IMG/VR virus record: IMGVR_UViG_3300035208_005676
Span: 1 to 64,000 of that record
Length of the DNA: 64,000 bases
Source of the DNA: a virus
Taxonomy: Duplodnaviria; Caudoviricetes
Reading direction: 5' to 3' (one strand)
The notes below the pieces were generated by a model, which worked only from the letters and a program-made list of their open reading frames with translations, was not told where the DNA came from and did no database searches. Made by a program: the position numbers and the translations under genes. Of the stretch, positions 18,711 through 29,750 are shown in pieces; position 1 is the first letter of the stretch; each line of letters starts with the position of its first letter.

Positions 18711-21392
18711 TTGGTGACGGTTGATCTCTGCCGAGCGCGGCCCGAGTGCCTGAAGTGCGGCCTCTGGCAGGAGGGGTGCCAGCGGCCGATGATCCACGGC
18801 CGCGGCAGTGATCATCCCGCGGTCATGTTCATTGGGCGCGATCCAGGGTACGAGGAAGACCAGATCGGACAGGTGTTTGTCGGCCCCTCTGGCTACCTGC
18901 TCGACCTGGGTTTGGCCAGCTACCAGATCGCCGAGGAGCTGGTCTATCGGACTAACATCGTCCGTTGTCGTCCGTTGGGCAACAAGCTACTCCAGGAGGC
19001 GAAACGCGTTTCGTGCTGCTCCGCCTTTCTCCTGGAAGAGATAACCCGGTTGCAGCCGCGGATTCTTGTTCCCCTGGGTGGGGTTGCTTGCGCAGCCCTG
19101 ACCGGCAAGGGGGCGATCCGGGAGATGCACGGACGCGCGCTGGAGCAAGATGGCCGGATCGTCCTGCCCATGTATCACCCTTCGGCGGTGCTCCACGATC
19201 CGTCGCTGCAGCCGGTCTTCGACCGGGACTTCGCCCTGCTGCGCAAGGTGCTGGTCTACGGGAAGGTGGACCCCGACCCGATCGACGATGGTGTCCTGAC
19301 CGACATCGGGGAGGTTCGGGCAGTCTTCGACGAGATCTTCCGGCGCGGCTACGTTGCCTTCGACTACGAAACCAATACCCTGAAGCCCTGGGAGCATCCC
19401 AGCCCGCGGATCGGGCTGCTCTCACTGTCGCTCGGGTCACACCGGGCGCGGGCGCTTCCTCTCGACCCGTGGCAGAGCCCCTGGGAATCGCCCTGGACGG
19501 TCGAACAACGGGCCGAGCTGGCTGTCCTGATCCGGCGGATGTTGACCGACCCGAAGCTCGTCCGGGAGGCGCACAACGCCCAGTACGAGCACCTGATGAC
19601 TGCCTGGTGTTTCGGGTTCGAGATGGGACTGACACAGGACAGTATGCTGGCCCATGCGCAGCTTGACGAGAACGCGGTTCACAACCTGGACGATCTCGCC
19701 TGGCGCTTCACGGATCTCGGCGGCTACAAGGAGAAGTTTCGCGACGAGCTGCCGGATCCCGACAACTTCCTCTCCGCGCCGCTTGACCGGCTGGGCTGGT
19801 ACGGCTGCCGGGACGTCGTGGTGACCGAGCGGGTGGGAGCAGCGGTGCGGGCTCAGCTCACCCCGGAGCAGCTGACCATCCTGCGGGACGTGCAAGAGCC
19901 GCTGATCCCTGTGCTGGCTGGGCTGGTCCGGGTGGGGAAGAAGGTCGACCTCGACGCGGTGAAGTGGTTGGACGCCGAGTGGACGGCTCTGGCGGATGGG
20001 ATCGAGGTGGAGCTGCGGGCCTGGCCCGAGGTGGCAGCCGCGGAGCAGGTGCTCGCGGTGCAGCGAGCAGACGCGGACGCTGCCCGAATGATGTTGGAGC
20101 TGCGCGACCTCCAGGCCGATTCGGAGAAGGCCAAGAAGACGGCCCGGCAGAAGGCGATTGCCTGGCGGCTGGAGGAGGTCGCGGCCATCAAGGCGCGGGA
20201 TCCCGCTGTTCTGGAGGTCTACCGGGAGCCCTTCAATTTCCGCAGCGACCCGCAACTCCGGGTGCTCTTCCTGGACCCAGCCTGCCTGGCCTACCCCTAT
20301 ACCCGGTTCACGACCGAGACGGGGGAGCCGAGTGTCGGGAAGGACGCGCTGGTCGTCTGGGGGGAGCATGACGAGCGGCCGCGGTTGTACCGTCGCTACC
20401 GGCGGTTGCGGACTATCCATTCTAGCTTCATTGCGCCGATGTACGAGTATCTGGCCAAGTCTTTGGATGGTTGTGTGCATGCTGGGTACAACCAGCATAT
20501 TGCACGGACTCACCGGCTGAGTAGCTCGGATCCCAACGAGCAGAATAGGCCCCGGGATGATACCTGTGCGGTGCTTGGCGCTCCACCCATCCAGGATGCG
20601 ATGTATTGCTCCCGTTTCTCGGGCGGGGAGGTTGTCAAGGCGGACTATTCGCAGCTGGAGCTGCGGGTGCTCGCGGTGGCCAGCGTGGATCTGGCGTTGC
20701 TTGCCGCGTACGAGAAGGGGCGGGATCTGCATGCGACGACGGCTCTGGGCTTTTTCGACCACCTCCGCGGGGGCGTCTCCGACGAGGTGTTCGCAGCGGC
20801 CCTGGAGAAGGCCAAGCAGCGGGAGGCTTGGAAGACAGAGCGCGGGATCGGGAAGCGGTGCAACTTCCTGACCTCCTACGGTGGGTCGGCGCAGCGGCTC
20901 CAGGCGCTCCTGGCGGAGCAGGGGCTCTTCCTCCCCTTGGAGGACTGCGAGCGGTACGTCGAGCTGTTCTTCGAGCTGTACCCGGGGGTGCGGCGCTACA
21001 TGCGTTGGGTCTCGGATCAGGCGGTGGCCGCGGGCGGGGTCGTGGTCTGCGCGGACGGGTCGCGGCGGCACCTGCCAGCCCTGATCCACGGGGAGCCGGG
21101 GGAGCGGGCGCACGCGGAGCGGGAGGCAGGGAACGTCACGATCCAGTGGCCGGCGGCGAAGCTGACGATGATCGCGTTGTCGTTGCTCGGTCAGCTGCTC
21201 CGGGAAGAGAAGATGGAGTCGCTGATCGTCGGGACCATTCACGACTCGATCCTGGTTGACTCGCCGGCCGAGGAGGCCGAGGAGGTGGCGGAGCTGGTCA
21301 AGGGGGCGATGGAGCTGGCCGCGGAAGACCCGCGGTGGATGCCGGCCGGGTGGTGGAACCCCCGGGTGCCGGTGATCGCGGACGTGGGGTGA
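18711..21392 (+). CDS. family A DNA polymerase with N-terminal family-4 UDG-like domain and 3'-5' exonuclease
   Basis: CLKCGL..GRDPG..NIVRCRP..YHPS (UDG); FDYET, HNAQYE, YGCRD (exonuclease); [27 protein letters not shown] (Phe at the F762-equivalent), HDS. Confidence 0.93.
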   Translation: MVTVDLCRARPECLKCGLWQEGCQRPMIHGRGSDHPAVMFIGRDPGYEEDQIGQVFVGPSGYLLDLGLASYQIAEELVYRTNIVRCRPLGNKLLQEAKRVSCCSAFLLEEITRLQPRILVPLGGVACAALTGKGAIREMHGRALEQDGRIVLPMYHPSAVLHDPSLQPVFDRDFALLRKVLVYGKVDPDPIDDGVLTDIGEVRAVFDEIFRRGYVAFDYETNTLKPWEHPSPRIGLLSLSLGSHRARALPLDPWQSPWESPWTVEQRAELAVLIRRMLTDPKLVREAHNAQYEHLMTAWCFGFEMGLTQDSMLAHAQLDENAVHNLDDLAWRFTDLGGYKEKFRDELPDPDNFLSAPLDRLGWYGCRDVVVTERVGAAVRAQLTPEQLTILRDVQEPLIPVLAGLVRVGKKVDLDAVKWLDAEWTALADGIEVELRAWPEVAAAEQVLAVQRADADAARMMLELRDLQADSEKAKKTARQKAIAWRLEEVAAIKARDPAVLEVYREPFNFRSDPQLRVLFLDPACLAYPYTRFTTETGEPSVGKDALVVWGEHDERPRLYRRYRRLRTIHSSFIAPMYEYLAKSLDGCVHAGYNQHIARTHRLSSSDPNEQNRPRDDTCAVLGAPPIQDAMYCSRFSGGEVVKADYSQLELRVLAVASVDLALLAAYEKGRDLHATTALGFFDHLRGGVSDEVFAAALEKAKQREAWKTERGIGKRCNFLTSYGGSAQRLQALLAEQGLFLPLEDCERYVELFFELYPGVRRYMRWVSDQAVAAGGVVVCADGSRRHLPALIHGEPGERAHAEREAGNVTIQWPAAKLTMIALSLLGQLLREEKMESLIVGTIHDSILVDSPAEEAEEVAELVKGAMELAAEDPRWMPAGWWNPRVPVIADVG
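18999..19014. repeat. palindrome copy 5 (GCGAAACGCGTTTCGT, in DNA polymerase)
   Basis: 15/16 match. Confidence 0.9.
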
Positions 21393-21394
21393 GC

Positions 21395-23536
21395 ATGAAA
21401 CGGCAGACCAAGAAGGTGTCCCCAGCAGTGGCCCAGGCCAAGGCAGTCGAGAAGGCGGTCGTGACGTCGGCCGCGGCGGAGCCCAATCCGCAGTACCTGA
21501 TCGACGTCAACAAGCGCTACGGAGCGGGGTCCGTCATGGTCCTCGGGTCGGAGGGGGTGGTTGCAGGGGTGGTCCCGATCCCTTCCGGGCTGCCTTCCCT
21601 CGACGCCGCGCTCGGGGTCGGCGGCCTCGCGGAGGGGCGGCTGGTCGAGATTTTCGGGATGGAATCTTCGGGAAAGACCTCCCTGGCGCTGATCTTCCTC
21701 GGCCAGGCGCAGAAGCTGGGCCGGCTGGCCGGCTTCATTGACGCCGAGCACGCGCTGGACCCGGCCTACGCCAAGAAGCTCGGGGTGGACGTTACCCGGC
21801 TGCTGATCTCGCAGCCGAGCTGCGGGGAGGAGGCCCTGGAGATCGCGGAGACGATGATCGTCGAGGGCGGGGTCCGGTTTATCGTCGTCGATTCCGTGGC
21901 CGCGCTGGTGCCCAAGGCCGAGATTGAAGGGGAGATGGGCGACGCGCACGTCGGCCTGCTGGCCCGACTGATGAGCCAGGCAATGCGCAAGCTCACCGGG
22001 GTCGCGTCGAAGCACGGGGCCACCGTGGTCTTCCTGAACCAGATCCGCATGAAGATCGGGGTGATGTTCGGCTGCTTCCACTACAACGCGAGGGTGACGT
22101 TGGCCGATGGCGGGAGTGAGAAAATCGGGAAGATTGTCAATCAGGAGCTTCCTGTGGAGGTGTTGTCACCCGATCCGTTGACGGGAGTTTGTTCGCGGGC
22201 AAAGGTCGTTGGATGGCACGATAACGGGAATGCTGATGGTTTTCTCCAGTTCGTTGTTGAGGGTGTTGGGGGAAATGGACGGGCATCATTCGGGGTGACT
22301 CGGAACCACATGCTTTTCGCCCCTGCCCCGGCCTTCTTTGGTATTGAGGAAGGGGGTCCAATGTGGACGGAGCGGCGGGCGGAATCTTTTAGTAGTGGTG
22401 ACCTCGTGGGGCACAAGGTGTTAGTGCAGTTTACCCCGTTGCAGCGGCAATTGGCAGTTGCATCGGTGCTCGGAGACGGGTCGCTTCGTGCGGTTAGCCG
22501 TCATACGACGGCGTTGCGCCTGGCTCACGGTCCACATCAGGTGGATTATATGCGCTGGAAGGAAGAGTTGCTTGCCGGCTGTGTTGCTTGGTCCGGCCCA
22601 CATAGGCAGAGTGGCGGGTGGTGTGTTGACTGTCGTCCGTCCAATGATATGACAGCTATCCGGCAGGAAGCATATCGACCGGACGGGTCGCGGTTGTTGT
22701 CGGGGATTGTTCTCGACGAGTTGACGTTGTTCGGAGTTGCTGTGTGGGCGATGGACGATGGTTCGTTTTCTGGTTGCTACGCGCGGTGGGGGTGCGGGAA
22801 GTTTGAGATCTCTGTTAAGAGCTATACCAACGAGGAGAGGAGTATCCTCGCCAGGCGTCTTGGGGAGCTTGGTTGTGGTGTGCCGACCGTGACCAGGGGA
22901 GGGACGTTGGTTTGGTCGGGTGCGCGTACCGAGGTCCTTATGGAGAAGATTGCGCCATTTGTTCCGTCGTGCATGGACTACAAACTGCATCCGAAGTTCC
23001 GGGGAAGGTATGTCCAGATTGACGATCAGGAGCAAGAGGATCGCTATATGCTGGTTCCGGTTCCGATTGTGGACATCTACGAAAAACCGTTGACGAGGTC
23101 GATGCGGCGCTTTGATCTCACTGTCGAGGGGAACCATACCTACCTTGTTGATGGTGTGGCTGTACATAACTCGCCCGAGACGACCACGGGCGGCAACGCG
23201 CTGCGCTTCTTTGCCTCGCAGCGGTTGGAGCTGCGCCGCGAGGCCGCGATCAAAGACGACGCGGGGCAGGCGATCGGCTCGCGGGTCAAGGTGACCGTGG
23301 TCAAAAACAAGGTCGCTGCGCCCTTCCGGACGGCCTCGGTCGACCTCCGCTATGCCTGGGGGTTGGATCGGGAGTCGGACGTGCTGGATGTGGCCGAGAA
23401 GGCCGGGATTGTCCAGCGGTCGGGGGCCTGGTACTCCTACGGGGAGGTGCGGCTGGGGCAGGGTCGGGAGCAGGCGACGGCCTACCTGCGCGAGAATCCG
23501 GCGCTGGTCGAGGAGTTGGTGGGGAAGCTGCCGTGA
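21395..23536 (+). CDS. recA: RecA recombinase with intein
   Basis: [44 protein letters not shown]|intein|[13 protein letters not shown]. Confidence 0.96.
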   Translation: MKRQTKKVSPAVAQAKAVEKAVVTSAAAEPNPQYLIDVNKRYGAGSVMVLGSEGVVAGVVPIPSGLPSLDAALGVGGLAEGRLVEIFGMESSGKTSLALIFLGQAQKLGRLAGFIDAEHALDPAYAKKLGVDVTRLLISQPSCGEEALEIAETMIVEGGVRFIVVDSVAALVPKAEIEGEMGDAHVGLLARLMSQAMRKLTGVASKHGATVVFLNQIRMKIGVMFGCFHYNARVTLADGGSEKIGKIVNQELPVEVLSPDPLTGVCSRAKVVGWHDNGNADGFLQFVVEGVGGNGRASFGVTRNHMLFAPAPAFFGIEEGGPMWTERRAESFSSGDLVGHKVLVQFTPLQRQLAVASVLGDGSLRAVSRHTTALRLAHGPHQVDYMRWKEELLAGCVAWSGPHRQSGGWCVDCRPSNDMTAIRQEAYRPDGSRLLSGIVLDELTLFGVAVWAMDDGSFSGCYARWGCGKFEISVKSYTNEERSILARRLGELGCGVPTVTRGGTLVWSGARTEVLMEKIAPFVPSCMDYKLHPKFRGRYVQIDDQEQEDRYMLVPVPIVDIYEKPLTRSMRRFDLTVEGNHTYLVDGVAVHNSPETTTGGNALRFFASQRLELRREAAIKDDAGQAIGSRVKVTVVKNKVAAPFRTASVDLRYAWGLDRESDVLDVAEKAGIVQRSGAWYSYGEVRLGQGREQATAYLRENPALVEELVGKLP
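22073..23170 (+). mobile_element. 366-aa intein with LAGLIDADG homing endonuclease (RecA-b site)
   Basis: Starts [12 protein letters not shown] block B, SVLGDGS and WAMDDGS motifs, ends VHN|S; visibly lower GC. Confidence 0.93.
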
Positions 23537-23934
23537 CAATCGTCAAGGGCAAAGCCGTGGTGCAGATCTCCCGGAGAACGAACGGGAACAACCCGGATCT
23601 TGTAACGATCATGATCCAGGACGAGAACAGCCGGTCACAGGTGGAGGCGTTTCTGACCCTGGAGCAATTCGGGTTGGTGGTCATGGGGTGTTACTTTGAT
23701 GGGGCTACCGCCGAGTGGCACAACCCAGAGCTGTTGGGTTTTGTCCGAGAGACCAAGACCGTCTATGTGACGTGGAGTGGTTCTTTCAGGACAACTCCGC
23801 AACAGCGGCAGGAGGCAATCTCCTTGTACGAGACTGAGGGGTGGAAAGGTCGGGCAGAAGACCTCGACAACGACCATAACCGGCGGGGCAACGGGACCTA
23901 CGCTGTCGGCTTTGTGCGCTGGGTGAAGCTATGA
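23533..23934 (+). CDS. hypothetical protein
   Basis: coupled ORF. Confidence 0.7.
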   Translation: MTIVKGKAVVQISRRTNGNNPDLVTIMIQDENSRSQVEAFLTLEQFGLVVMGCYFDGATAEWHNPELLGFVRETKTVYVTWSGSFRTTPQQRQEAISLYETEGWKGRAEDLDNDHNRRGNGTYAVGFVRWVKL

Positions 23935-24221
23935 AGGTGGCGAGCAAGCTGGATGCAGACCGCGGGCGGGTTGCAGATCGGCTGGCGCAGCTGGGCTACA
24001 AGGTCGACACGGCCGACTCGGGTACCCTGCACATGCGCCTTCCCCCGCCGGCAGAGGGCGCGATCTCGATCTGCCCGCGCTGGCGCTGCGCGGAGCTGGG
24101 GTGGATCAGCTTTCCTCGGCTGGCGAGGTCGGTTGTTGGGTCCTTCAAGGGGCGAGACTGGCAGGAGCGGTTGGCGGATGCTTGCGATATGCTGGCCAAG
24201 CGGATCTTGGACGGGAGGTAG
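23931..24221 (+). CDS. hypothetical protein
   Basis: coupled ORF. Confidence 0.6.
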   Translation: MKVASKLDADRGRVADRLAQLGYKVDTADSGTLHMRLPPPAEGAISICPRWRCAELGWISFPRLARSVVGSFKGRDWQERLADACDMLAKRILDGR

Positions 24222-24225
24222 CGGT

Positions 24226-24609
24226 GTGAAGATCAAAGAGAATCACTGGCTCCCGAAGCTGATCCGCTGGCCGATCCGGGCGACGGCAATCACCCTGGGC
24301 CAGACCATCTACCTGGCCGGGCTGGCCGCGGATAATCCGGGTACGGTGCGGCATGAGGCGGTCCACACCCTGCAGTTTCAGGAGACGGGGTGGGTGCGCT
24401 TCCTGGCGATCTACGTCTGGGATTGGCTCCGCGGTTGGCGGCTGTGGGGAAGCCCGCGGCTGGCCTACCTGCAGATCCGCTTCGAGCAGGAGGCGCGGGA
24501 GGTGGCCCGGCGGACAACGCTGCTCGAAGTGATCCCGGAGTGTGTGTCGGTTCTCCGCAAGCCGTTCGGGTGGAAGCAGCTGCGCGTGGACCAGTGGGCC
24601 AAGGTCTAA
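24226..24609 (+). CDS. small HExxH zincin (DUF4157-like)
   Basis: AITLGQTIY...RHEAVHTLQ...FEQEA. Confidence 0.7.
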   Translation: MKIKENHWLPKLIRWPIRATAITLGQTIYLAGLAADNPGTVRHEAVHTLQFQETGWVRFLAIYVWDWLRGWRLWGSPRLAYLQIRFEQEAREVARRTTLLEVIPECVSVLRKPFGWKQLRVDQWAKV

Positions 24610-24619
24610 GGGGGCGAGG

Positions 24620-25027
24620 ATGCGCGAGATCAAGACTCACCACGACGGCCTGGGGTTGACTGAGCTGTGCCGCGTTTTTGCCGCCGGCAAGCCGCACCCG
24701 GTCAACGGGGCGAATCATCGCTACAAGCTCCAGCGGGATCTGACAGCGCGGGAGATCTACCTGGAGTGCGATTCCTCCCGGGCAAAGAGTGTCGGCTTCA
24801 TTCAGTTTCAATGCGGCCCGCGTGACGAACCCGACTCGACACCTGGCACCCTCGACGGCGCGGTCCTGGCCGTGCTGATTGACCGGTTGGAGAGTTTCCA
24901 GGCCGGGTCCTTTGCCTGTCCGGAGAATGAGATCGTCCTGGAGCACCTGCGAAGCGCGGCTGTTGCCCTGGTCTTTCGGGCCCGGGATCGGGCGCTGCGC
25001 GGTGTGCTCGGCAAAAATGAGAAGTAG
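24620..25027 (+). CDS. tad1: Tad1-like anti-Thoeris/anti-CBASS nucleotide sponge
   Basis: GANHRY...IQFQCGPRDE...G...L..LIDRLESFQAGSFACPEN...H...R..DR..RGVLGKNEK matches the Tad1 pattern as recalled. Confidence 0.8.
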   Translation: MREIKTHHDGLGLTELCRVFAAGKPHPVNGANHRYKLQRDLTAREIYLECDSSRAKSVGFIQFQCGPRDEPDSTPGTLDGAVLAVLIDRLESFQAGSFACPENEIVLEHLRSAAVALVFRARDRALRGVLGKNEK

Positions 25028-25060
25028 ACGAGGCAGGGGCTTCGTCCGGAGGAGGATTGC

Positions 25061-25315
25061 ATGCGAATCAAGCTCGGTGAGACGGTGGTGGAGACGGATT
25101 GCGGTGACGTGGAGCTGTCGGAGATAGGCCGCCCCGAGACGCGGCTGATCCTGCGGGTCGGGGGGGAGGTGTTTCACCTGGATGACGTTGGCGATGGTAC
25201 GCTCGCGGTCGCGGTGGGTGACCATCGTTGGACGATCGGGCGGGCGACGACTGTCTTTCAGGATCTCGGCGCGGTCGTCGTGAAGCTGGGCCCCGGCGGC
25301 TGTTCCGCCGACTGA
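25061..25315 (+). CDS. hypothetical protein
   Basis: GGAGGAGG RBS. Confidence 0.65.
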   Translation: MRIKLGETVVETDCGDVELSEIGRPETRLILRVGGEVFHLDDVGDGTLAVAVGDHRWTIGRATTVFQDLGAVVVKLGPGGCSAD

Positions 25316-25411
25316 CCAGCGCAAGGTTCTCCGACCTTCTCCGGGGATCAGGGATTCTGTTCTCCTTTCCCGTTCCCCGGAGAAGGTCTTTTGCCAGGGT
25401 GAGGGTAGGCT

Positions 25412-25651
25412 GTGCAGTTCTCGCAAGACCTTGACGAGCGGTTGCTGGCGGATGTGAGCGTGGTCCGGGGGTTGCATGAGCTGGGAGAGTCGCCGTTGGC
25501 TTTCTGGTCTGCGGTGGTTGGGCGGCTGGCTGAGCCCGGGTTGACCGCGGCCCTGGCGCAGCAGCGCTGGGAGCAGCTGCACGCGGCAGGGCACGACGAG
25601 AAAGGGTTGCCCCGGCCGGTGCGCGGCCGGGTCTGGTGGTGGGGGATGTAG
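25412..25651 (+). CDS. hypothetical protein
   Basis: operon-packed ORF. Confidence 0.5.
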   Translation: MQFSQDLDERLLADVSVVRGLHELGESPLAFWSAVVGRLAEPGLTAALAQQRWEQLHAAGHDEKGLPRPVRGRVWWWGM

Positions 25652-25652
25652 G

Positions 25653-26252
25653 ATGCGCGGAGCGAAGCAGATAGCGGCGCGCAAGGCGCGGGACAACTAC
25701 CCGACTCCTCCGGAGGTGGCCGCGTTGCTGCCGGCCCTGCTTGACCGGCGCTACCCGGGGTGGGATGATGGGTGCCTTGCGCTGCTGGAGCCCTCGGCGG
25801 GCCGGGGGAACCTGCTACAGGCGTTTGCCGGGCGGCAGATCCCGTTGCGGATCGCCGTCGAGGTGAGCGCGTCTTGCCGGCTTGACCTGGAGCAGCTGGC
25901 GGATCGGGTGCATTGCCCCGAGGACTTCCGCTTCTACGCCCCGCCTCCCGTGGGTCTGGTAGTCGCCAACCCTCCCTACCGGTACTCGTCCGTCTTTCTG
26001 CACAAGAGCCTGCGGTATCTTCGGGGGAGGGGGCTCAATCTGGCTGCCTTCCTGCTGCCGCTGTCCTTCCTGGGATCGACCGGCCGGCACAACTGGCTGC
26101 AGGAGCATCCGCTAACCGGGCTGGCCGCCCTTTCGGAGCGCCCCAGCTTCACCGGGGACGGGGGAACCGACGCGGTAGAGTATGCCTGGATGATCTGGGC
26201 TATGCGGGACGGGCAGCTGCTCTCCGACCAGCAGTGGATCGAGGTGGTCTGA
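25653..26252 (+). CDS. amino-DNA methyltransferase (m6A/m4C)
   Basis: DNYPTP, LEPSAGRG, NPPY, RPSF. Confidence 0.85.
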   Translation: MRGAKQIAARKARDNYPTPPEVAALLPALLDRRYPGWDDGCLALLEPSAGRGNLLQAFAGRQIPLRIAVEVSASCRLDLEQLADRVHCPEDFRFYAPPPVGLVVANPPYRYSSVFLHKSLRYLRGRGLNLAAFLLPLSFLGSTGRHNWLQEHPLTGLAALSERPSFTGDGGTDAVEYAWMIWAMRDGQLLSDQQWIEVV

Positions 26253-26989
26253 TGGCCTACGCGGGGAACACCCAAGCTCAGGGCCGGAAGATGCGGATCC
26301 GGAAGAAGCCCGGCCCACTCCTGCTGAAAGGGGCGGAGGGGTCGTCCATCGCGCGTGGAGTCAAGGCGAGGGAAGACAAGCGGGCGCGGGTGCGTGTGCC
26401 GGGGCCCATGCCCGCGGGTAGCTCGGTTCGGGACGTCGAGCCGCCGGGCTGCACCCCGGAGGAGTACGTCCGGGCGTACACGGCCTACAAGGCGCACCCG
26501 ACCATCCGGACGGTGGCCGAGGCGCTGGGTTGGTCGACGACGCGGGCCCGGCGGCTGGTCCTGGACGGCTACCCGGACTGGGGGATGGCCCCGCTGCTGG
26601 AGCGCTTCGCCGGCCTGGTTGAGGAGGTGACGGCCGAGGCTGATGAGAGCGATCGGGACGTCATGGCGGCGATTGCCCGGGAGGCCCGGGAGCTGCGGCT
26701 GGACGCGCTGCGGCTGCTCCGGGATGGGTTGTCGGCAGCGAAGGCCGCTGTCTTCACGGCCAATGGGGAGGTACGGCCCAAGGATCTGAAGGATCTGTAC
26801 GAGATTTACGACAAGCTGGTCCGGTTGACGTCCTTTGCGCAGGGCGGGCCCGACCAGCGCGGGGAGCTGTCCATTCCAGAGGGGAAGCTGGATACTTCGG
26901 CGATGCTGGCTAACCTGATGGCTGCGGGGATCCTGGACGAGGCTCCGCCGAGGTTGCTGGAGGCGGAATTGGCGGGCAATGAATCCTGA
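26252..26989 (+). CDS. putative terminase small subunit
   Basis: HTH (TIRTVAEALGWSTTRARR) plus helical C-terminus, directly upstream of terL. Confidence 0.55.
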   Translation: MAYAGNTQAQGRKMRIRKKPGPLLLKGAEGSSIARGVKAREDKRARVRVPGPMPAGSSVRDVEPPGCTPEEYVRAYTAYKAHPTIRTVAEALGWSTTRARRLVLDGYPDWGMAPLLERFAGLVEEVTAEADESDRDVMAAIAREARELRLDALRLLRDGLSAAKAAVFTANGEVRPKDLKDLYEIYDKLVRLTSFAQGGPDQRGELSIPEGKLDTSAMLANLMAAGILDEAPPRLLEAELAGNES

Positions 26990-29195
26990 GCAGGCCCGTG
27001 TGCAGGTGCAGCGGCTCCTCGATGGCTCCTGGCAGCACGGGGAGGACGGCTACTGGGATCGGATCTCGGCCCTGCTCGGCTACGTCAAAGCGCAGGGGGG
27101 GCTCGGGAGTCCGCGGGACACGCGGGCGCAGCTGGACTTGCGGCGGAAGCACGCCGAGATCGCGATGATTGGCTGGGCGCGGGCCGACGCCAATGACTTT
27201 GCCTCCTACGCCTATTCCTCGACGGCTACCGGCCTGCCACTGCAGCAGAGTCGGATGCACTTCCTGATGCAGCGGGCCTTCGACGTGCTGGGCAATGCGG
27301 ACGTGGGCGCGTACCGCGGGAGCGGGAAGACGTCGCAGATGATCGAGGTGCGTGGGGTCCACACGCTCGGCACCGATCCAAACCTCCAGCTCAAGCTGGT
27401 CTGTGAAGGTGGCGACACCGCGTCGGCCCGGGTGAGGGCAATTCGGAACCATATCGAGCGCAACGCGCGGATCCGGATGGTCTTTCCGAAGCTGCTGCCC
27501 ATGGTGGGGATGCCCTGGTCCGACGAGTCAATCACGGTGGCCCGGGAGACGATCTCCAAAGACCCCAGCTTCTTCGGCGCGGGCTTCAACTCGGCGGTCG
27601 TCGGCGGCCGGTGTCACATCCTCCTGGGCGACGACGTGACGCCTCCGGACGCAATGTCGTCTTCGTCCACTCGGGCGGCCGTGGAGCGGAGCTGGGAGAA
27701 CGTCTGGACCAAGATGCTGACCCCCGGCGGCCGGATCTGGTTCGCGTACACCCCCTGGCATGACCGGGACTTGACAGCGAAGATCCGGGCCAATGCGGCC
27801 TTCCGTCACCTGCTCTTTGCCGTGGGCGGGCCCCAGGGCTGCCAGCATTGCCCGGACAACAAGGGCGACCCGTGCGGGATCCCCTTCCACAACCCCTGGG
27901 CTCCGCAGCTGCACTCGGCTGAGGAGCTGTGCCGGATCTACTTGCGGGATGGCTCGCTGTCCTACTCCCGGTCGCACCAGCTGATCCCGTTGGTCGCGGA
28001 GACGTCGCTGTTTCCGCCGTCGTTGTTCACGTCGGCGGTGCGGCGCACGGATCTGATCATGGGCCGCCCCTGGCGGTGGTGGGCCAGCTACGGGATCCGG
28101 CGCGTGATCGGCGTGGACCTGGCCATGGGGGCCGGGGCCGGCGACGACTACACCGTGATCTGCGTGCTCGGCTTCGACGAGAATGGGAAGCGCTATCTCA
28201 TTGATCTGATCCGGGAGAAGACTACTGACTACCAGCGGCAGCTGCAGCTGGTCAAAGAAGCCTATTCCAAGTATCTCCCGGATATGATCTTTGCAGAAGG
28301 CACGCAATACCAGCGGGTATTCTCGTCGATTCTGGCGGCGACGACTGCTCTGCCGATCAAAGCGTTCTACCCGATGGGAGCGGGCAAGGGGCGGCGGGTG
28401 GAGGGGGCGGACAAGCGCGATCTGAAGTTTGGTGTGCCCGGCCTGCGCATTCTCTTCGAGCAGTCGAAGTTGATCCTGCCGATCGGAGACGACTACAGCT
28501 TGGAGCGGTCGGATATTCTGCAGGACGAGCTGCAGCATATCGCCATGACCGACGACGGGAAGGTGGAGGGGGTCGGGTCGCATGATGACTGCGTGATGGC
28601 CCTTTACATTGCCCACCAGGCCGCGCTGCGGCTCGGGGCGGACTTCGGGGAGGAGGTTGACCGGACCTTCGATGGCTCCCCGCTGCCAGGCAACCTGGAG
28701 GGGCTGGAAGACTCCCTGCCTGTCTCCAGCGTGCCGCTGCAGCACCCCGACCTGGGGAAGCTGATTCCCTTGGCTGCCGGGGCAGGCCAGGCGGTGCAGG
28801 TGCCGGTGAAGCGGATCCGGCCGCGCCCGGCCGAGTACGAGGAGATCTATCAGGTGCTCCGGGACCAGGAGCCGCGCCACCTGGACGCCTATGTGCGGTA
28901 TGTGGCCGCGCTCCACGAAACTCCCAAGCGGTACCAGCTGCTCGGCTCTGGCTTTCCTCCGGCGCTCGCGGGGAAGCTCGACGGCCTGCAGATCAAGTTC
29001 GGCGGAGCGTCGGTCCTGTTGGTCGCGGAGGATCTGTCGAAGCAGTTTGAGCGGGCGGTGCTGGTTGGCGACCGGCGGCAGCTCGACCATGTTGACGAGG
29101 CCCGTGTGGAGGAGTTGTTCGGGGAGGGCGACGAGGGGCTGGCAGCGCAATCGCTTCGACTGCCTGAAGGGGCAGAAGGCTGGGAGGTGCTCTGA
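26979..29195 (+). CDS. terL: terminase large subunit with C-terminal extension
   Basis: RGSGKTS, GGRCHILLGDD, TPWHDRDL, GVDLA..DDYT, HDDCVMA. Confidence 0.92.
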   Translation: MNPEQARVQVQRLLDGSWQHGEDGYWDRISALLGYVKAQGGLGSPRDTRAQLDLRRKHAEIAMIGWARADANDFASYAYSSTATGLPLQQSRMHFLMQRAFDVLGNADVGAYRGSGKTSQMIEVRGVHTLGTDPNLQLKLVCEGGDTASARVRAIRNHIERNARIRMVFPKLLPMVGMPWSDESITVARETISKDPSFFGAGFNSAVVGGRCHILLGDDVTPPDAMSSSSTRAAVERSWENVWTKMLTPGGRIWFAYTPWHDRDLTAKIRANAAFRHLLFAVGGPQGCQHCPDNKGDPCGIPFHNPWAPQLHSAEELCRIYLRDGSLSYSRSHQLIPLVAETSLFPPSLFTSAVRRTDLIMGRPWRWWASYGIRRVIGVDLAMGAGAGDDYTVICVLGFDENGKRYLIDLIREKTTDYQRQLQLVKEAYSKYLPDMIFAEGTQYQRVFSSILAATTALPIKAFYPMGAGKGRRVEGADKRDLKFGVPGLRILFEQSKLILPIGDDYSLERSDILQDELQHIAMTDDGKVEGVGSHDDCVMALYIAHQAALRLGADFGEEVDRTFDGSPLPGNLEGLEDSLPVSSVPLQHPDLGKLIPLAAGAGQAVQVPVKRIRPRPAEYEEIYQVLRDQEPRHLDAYVRYVAALHETPKRYQLLGSGFPPALAGKLDGLQIKFGGASVLLVAEDLSKQFERAVLVGDRRQLDHVDEARVEELFGEGDEGLAAQSLRLPEGAEGWEVL

Positions 29196-29425
29196 TGGGC
29201 AGGATGGCACGCGACGAAGACGACCAGGATCGCGACGAGCTGGTCGACGTCGAGTACGATCGGGTCAAGGCCGCCACGGAAGGCGCAGTCCTGTTGGATT
29301 GCGGGGGGCAGGAGATCTGGTTCCCGCGGTCGCAGGCAGATGCCCTGGAGGATCTGTCCAAGGGCGATGGGCCGGGGACGGTTGCGCTTCCCTTCTGGTT
29401 GGCGGAGGATCGTGGTCTGATCTAG
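29195..29425 (+). CDS. hypothetical protein
   Basis: TEGAVLLD...WFPRSQ...LPFWLA small phage protein pattern. Confidence 0.7.
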   Translation: MGRMARDEDDQDRDELVDVEYDRVKAATEGAVLLDCGGQEIWFPRSQADALEDLSKGDGPGTVALPFWLAEDRGLI

Positions 29426-29435
29426 GGGGTGGCCG

Positions 29436-29717
29436 ATGCATGGCGGAGCAGGGTGGCTGGACCGAGACGGTATCCTCTACCCCTGTGCGCACGGAGGGCA
29501 CGACCACCTTGCCGGCCAGCTCGGCCGGACGGTCGCCGATCTGGAGCAGGCCGGCTGGATCCGCGTGCTCGGTCCTCCCGGCGATCTTCCCGGCTCCCCG
29601 AATTGGCTGCTCGACCGCGGCCCCCCCGCGGTCGGCTTCCACGCCTGCCGCCACCCCTCCGAAGCGCAGCGAGCTTGGCTCTTGGCTGAAGGGCACGTTC
29701 TCCCCGATGACGATTAG
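29436..29717 (+). CDS. hypothetical protein (paralogue of the 31167-32135 C-terminus)
   Basis: GWL.R.G...PC....H...A......LE..GW.RV. Confidence 0.65.
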   Translation: MHGGAGWLDRDGILYPCAHGGHDHLAGQLGRTVADLEQAGWIRVLGPPGDLPGSPNWLLDRGPPAVGFHACRHPSEAQRAWLLAEGHVLPDDD

Positions 29718-29721
29718 CCTC

Positions 29722-29750
29722 TTGACTTCCTATTAGGGAGTCACTATGTT
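29722..29750 (+). promoter_or_regulatory. sigma70 promoter with embedded inverted repeat
   Basis: TTGACT-17-TATGTT; TGACTTCCTA-T-TAGGGAGTCA. Confidence 0.7.

Noticed and set aside
22421-23539. Long antisense ORF over the RecA intein
   Set aside because: No recognisable motifs, and the sense strand already encodes a LAGLIDADG nuclease. It is an ordinary shadow ORF, unlike 61046-61843.
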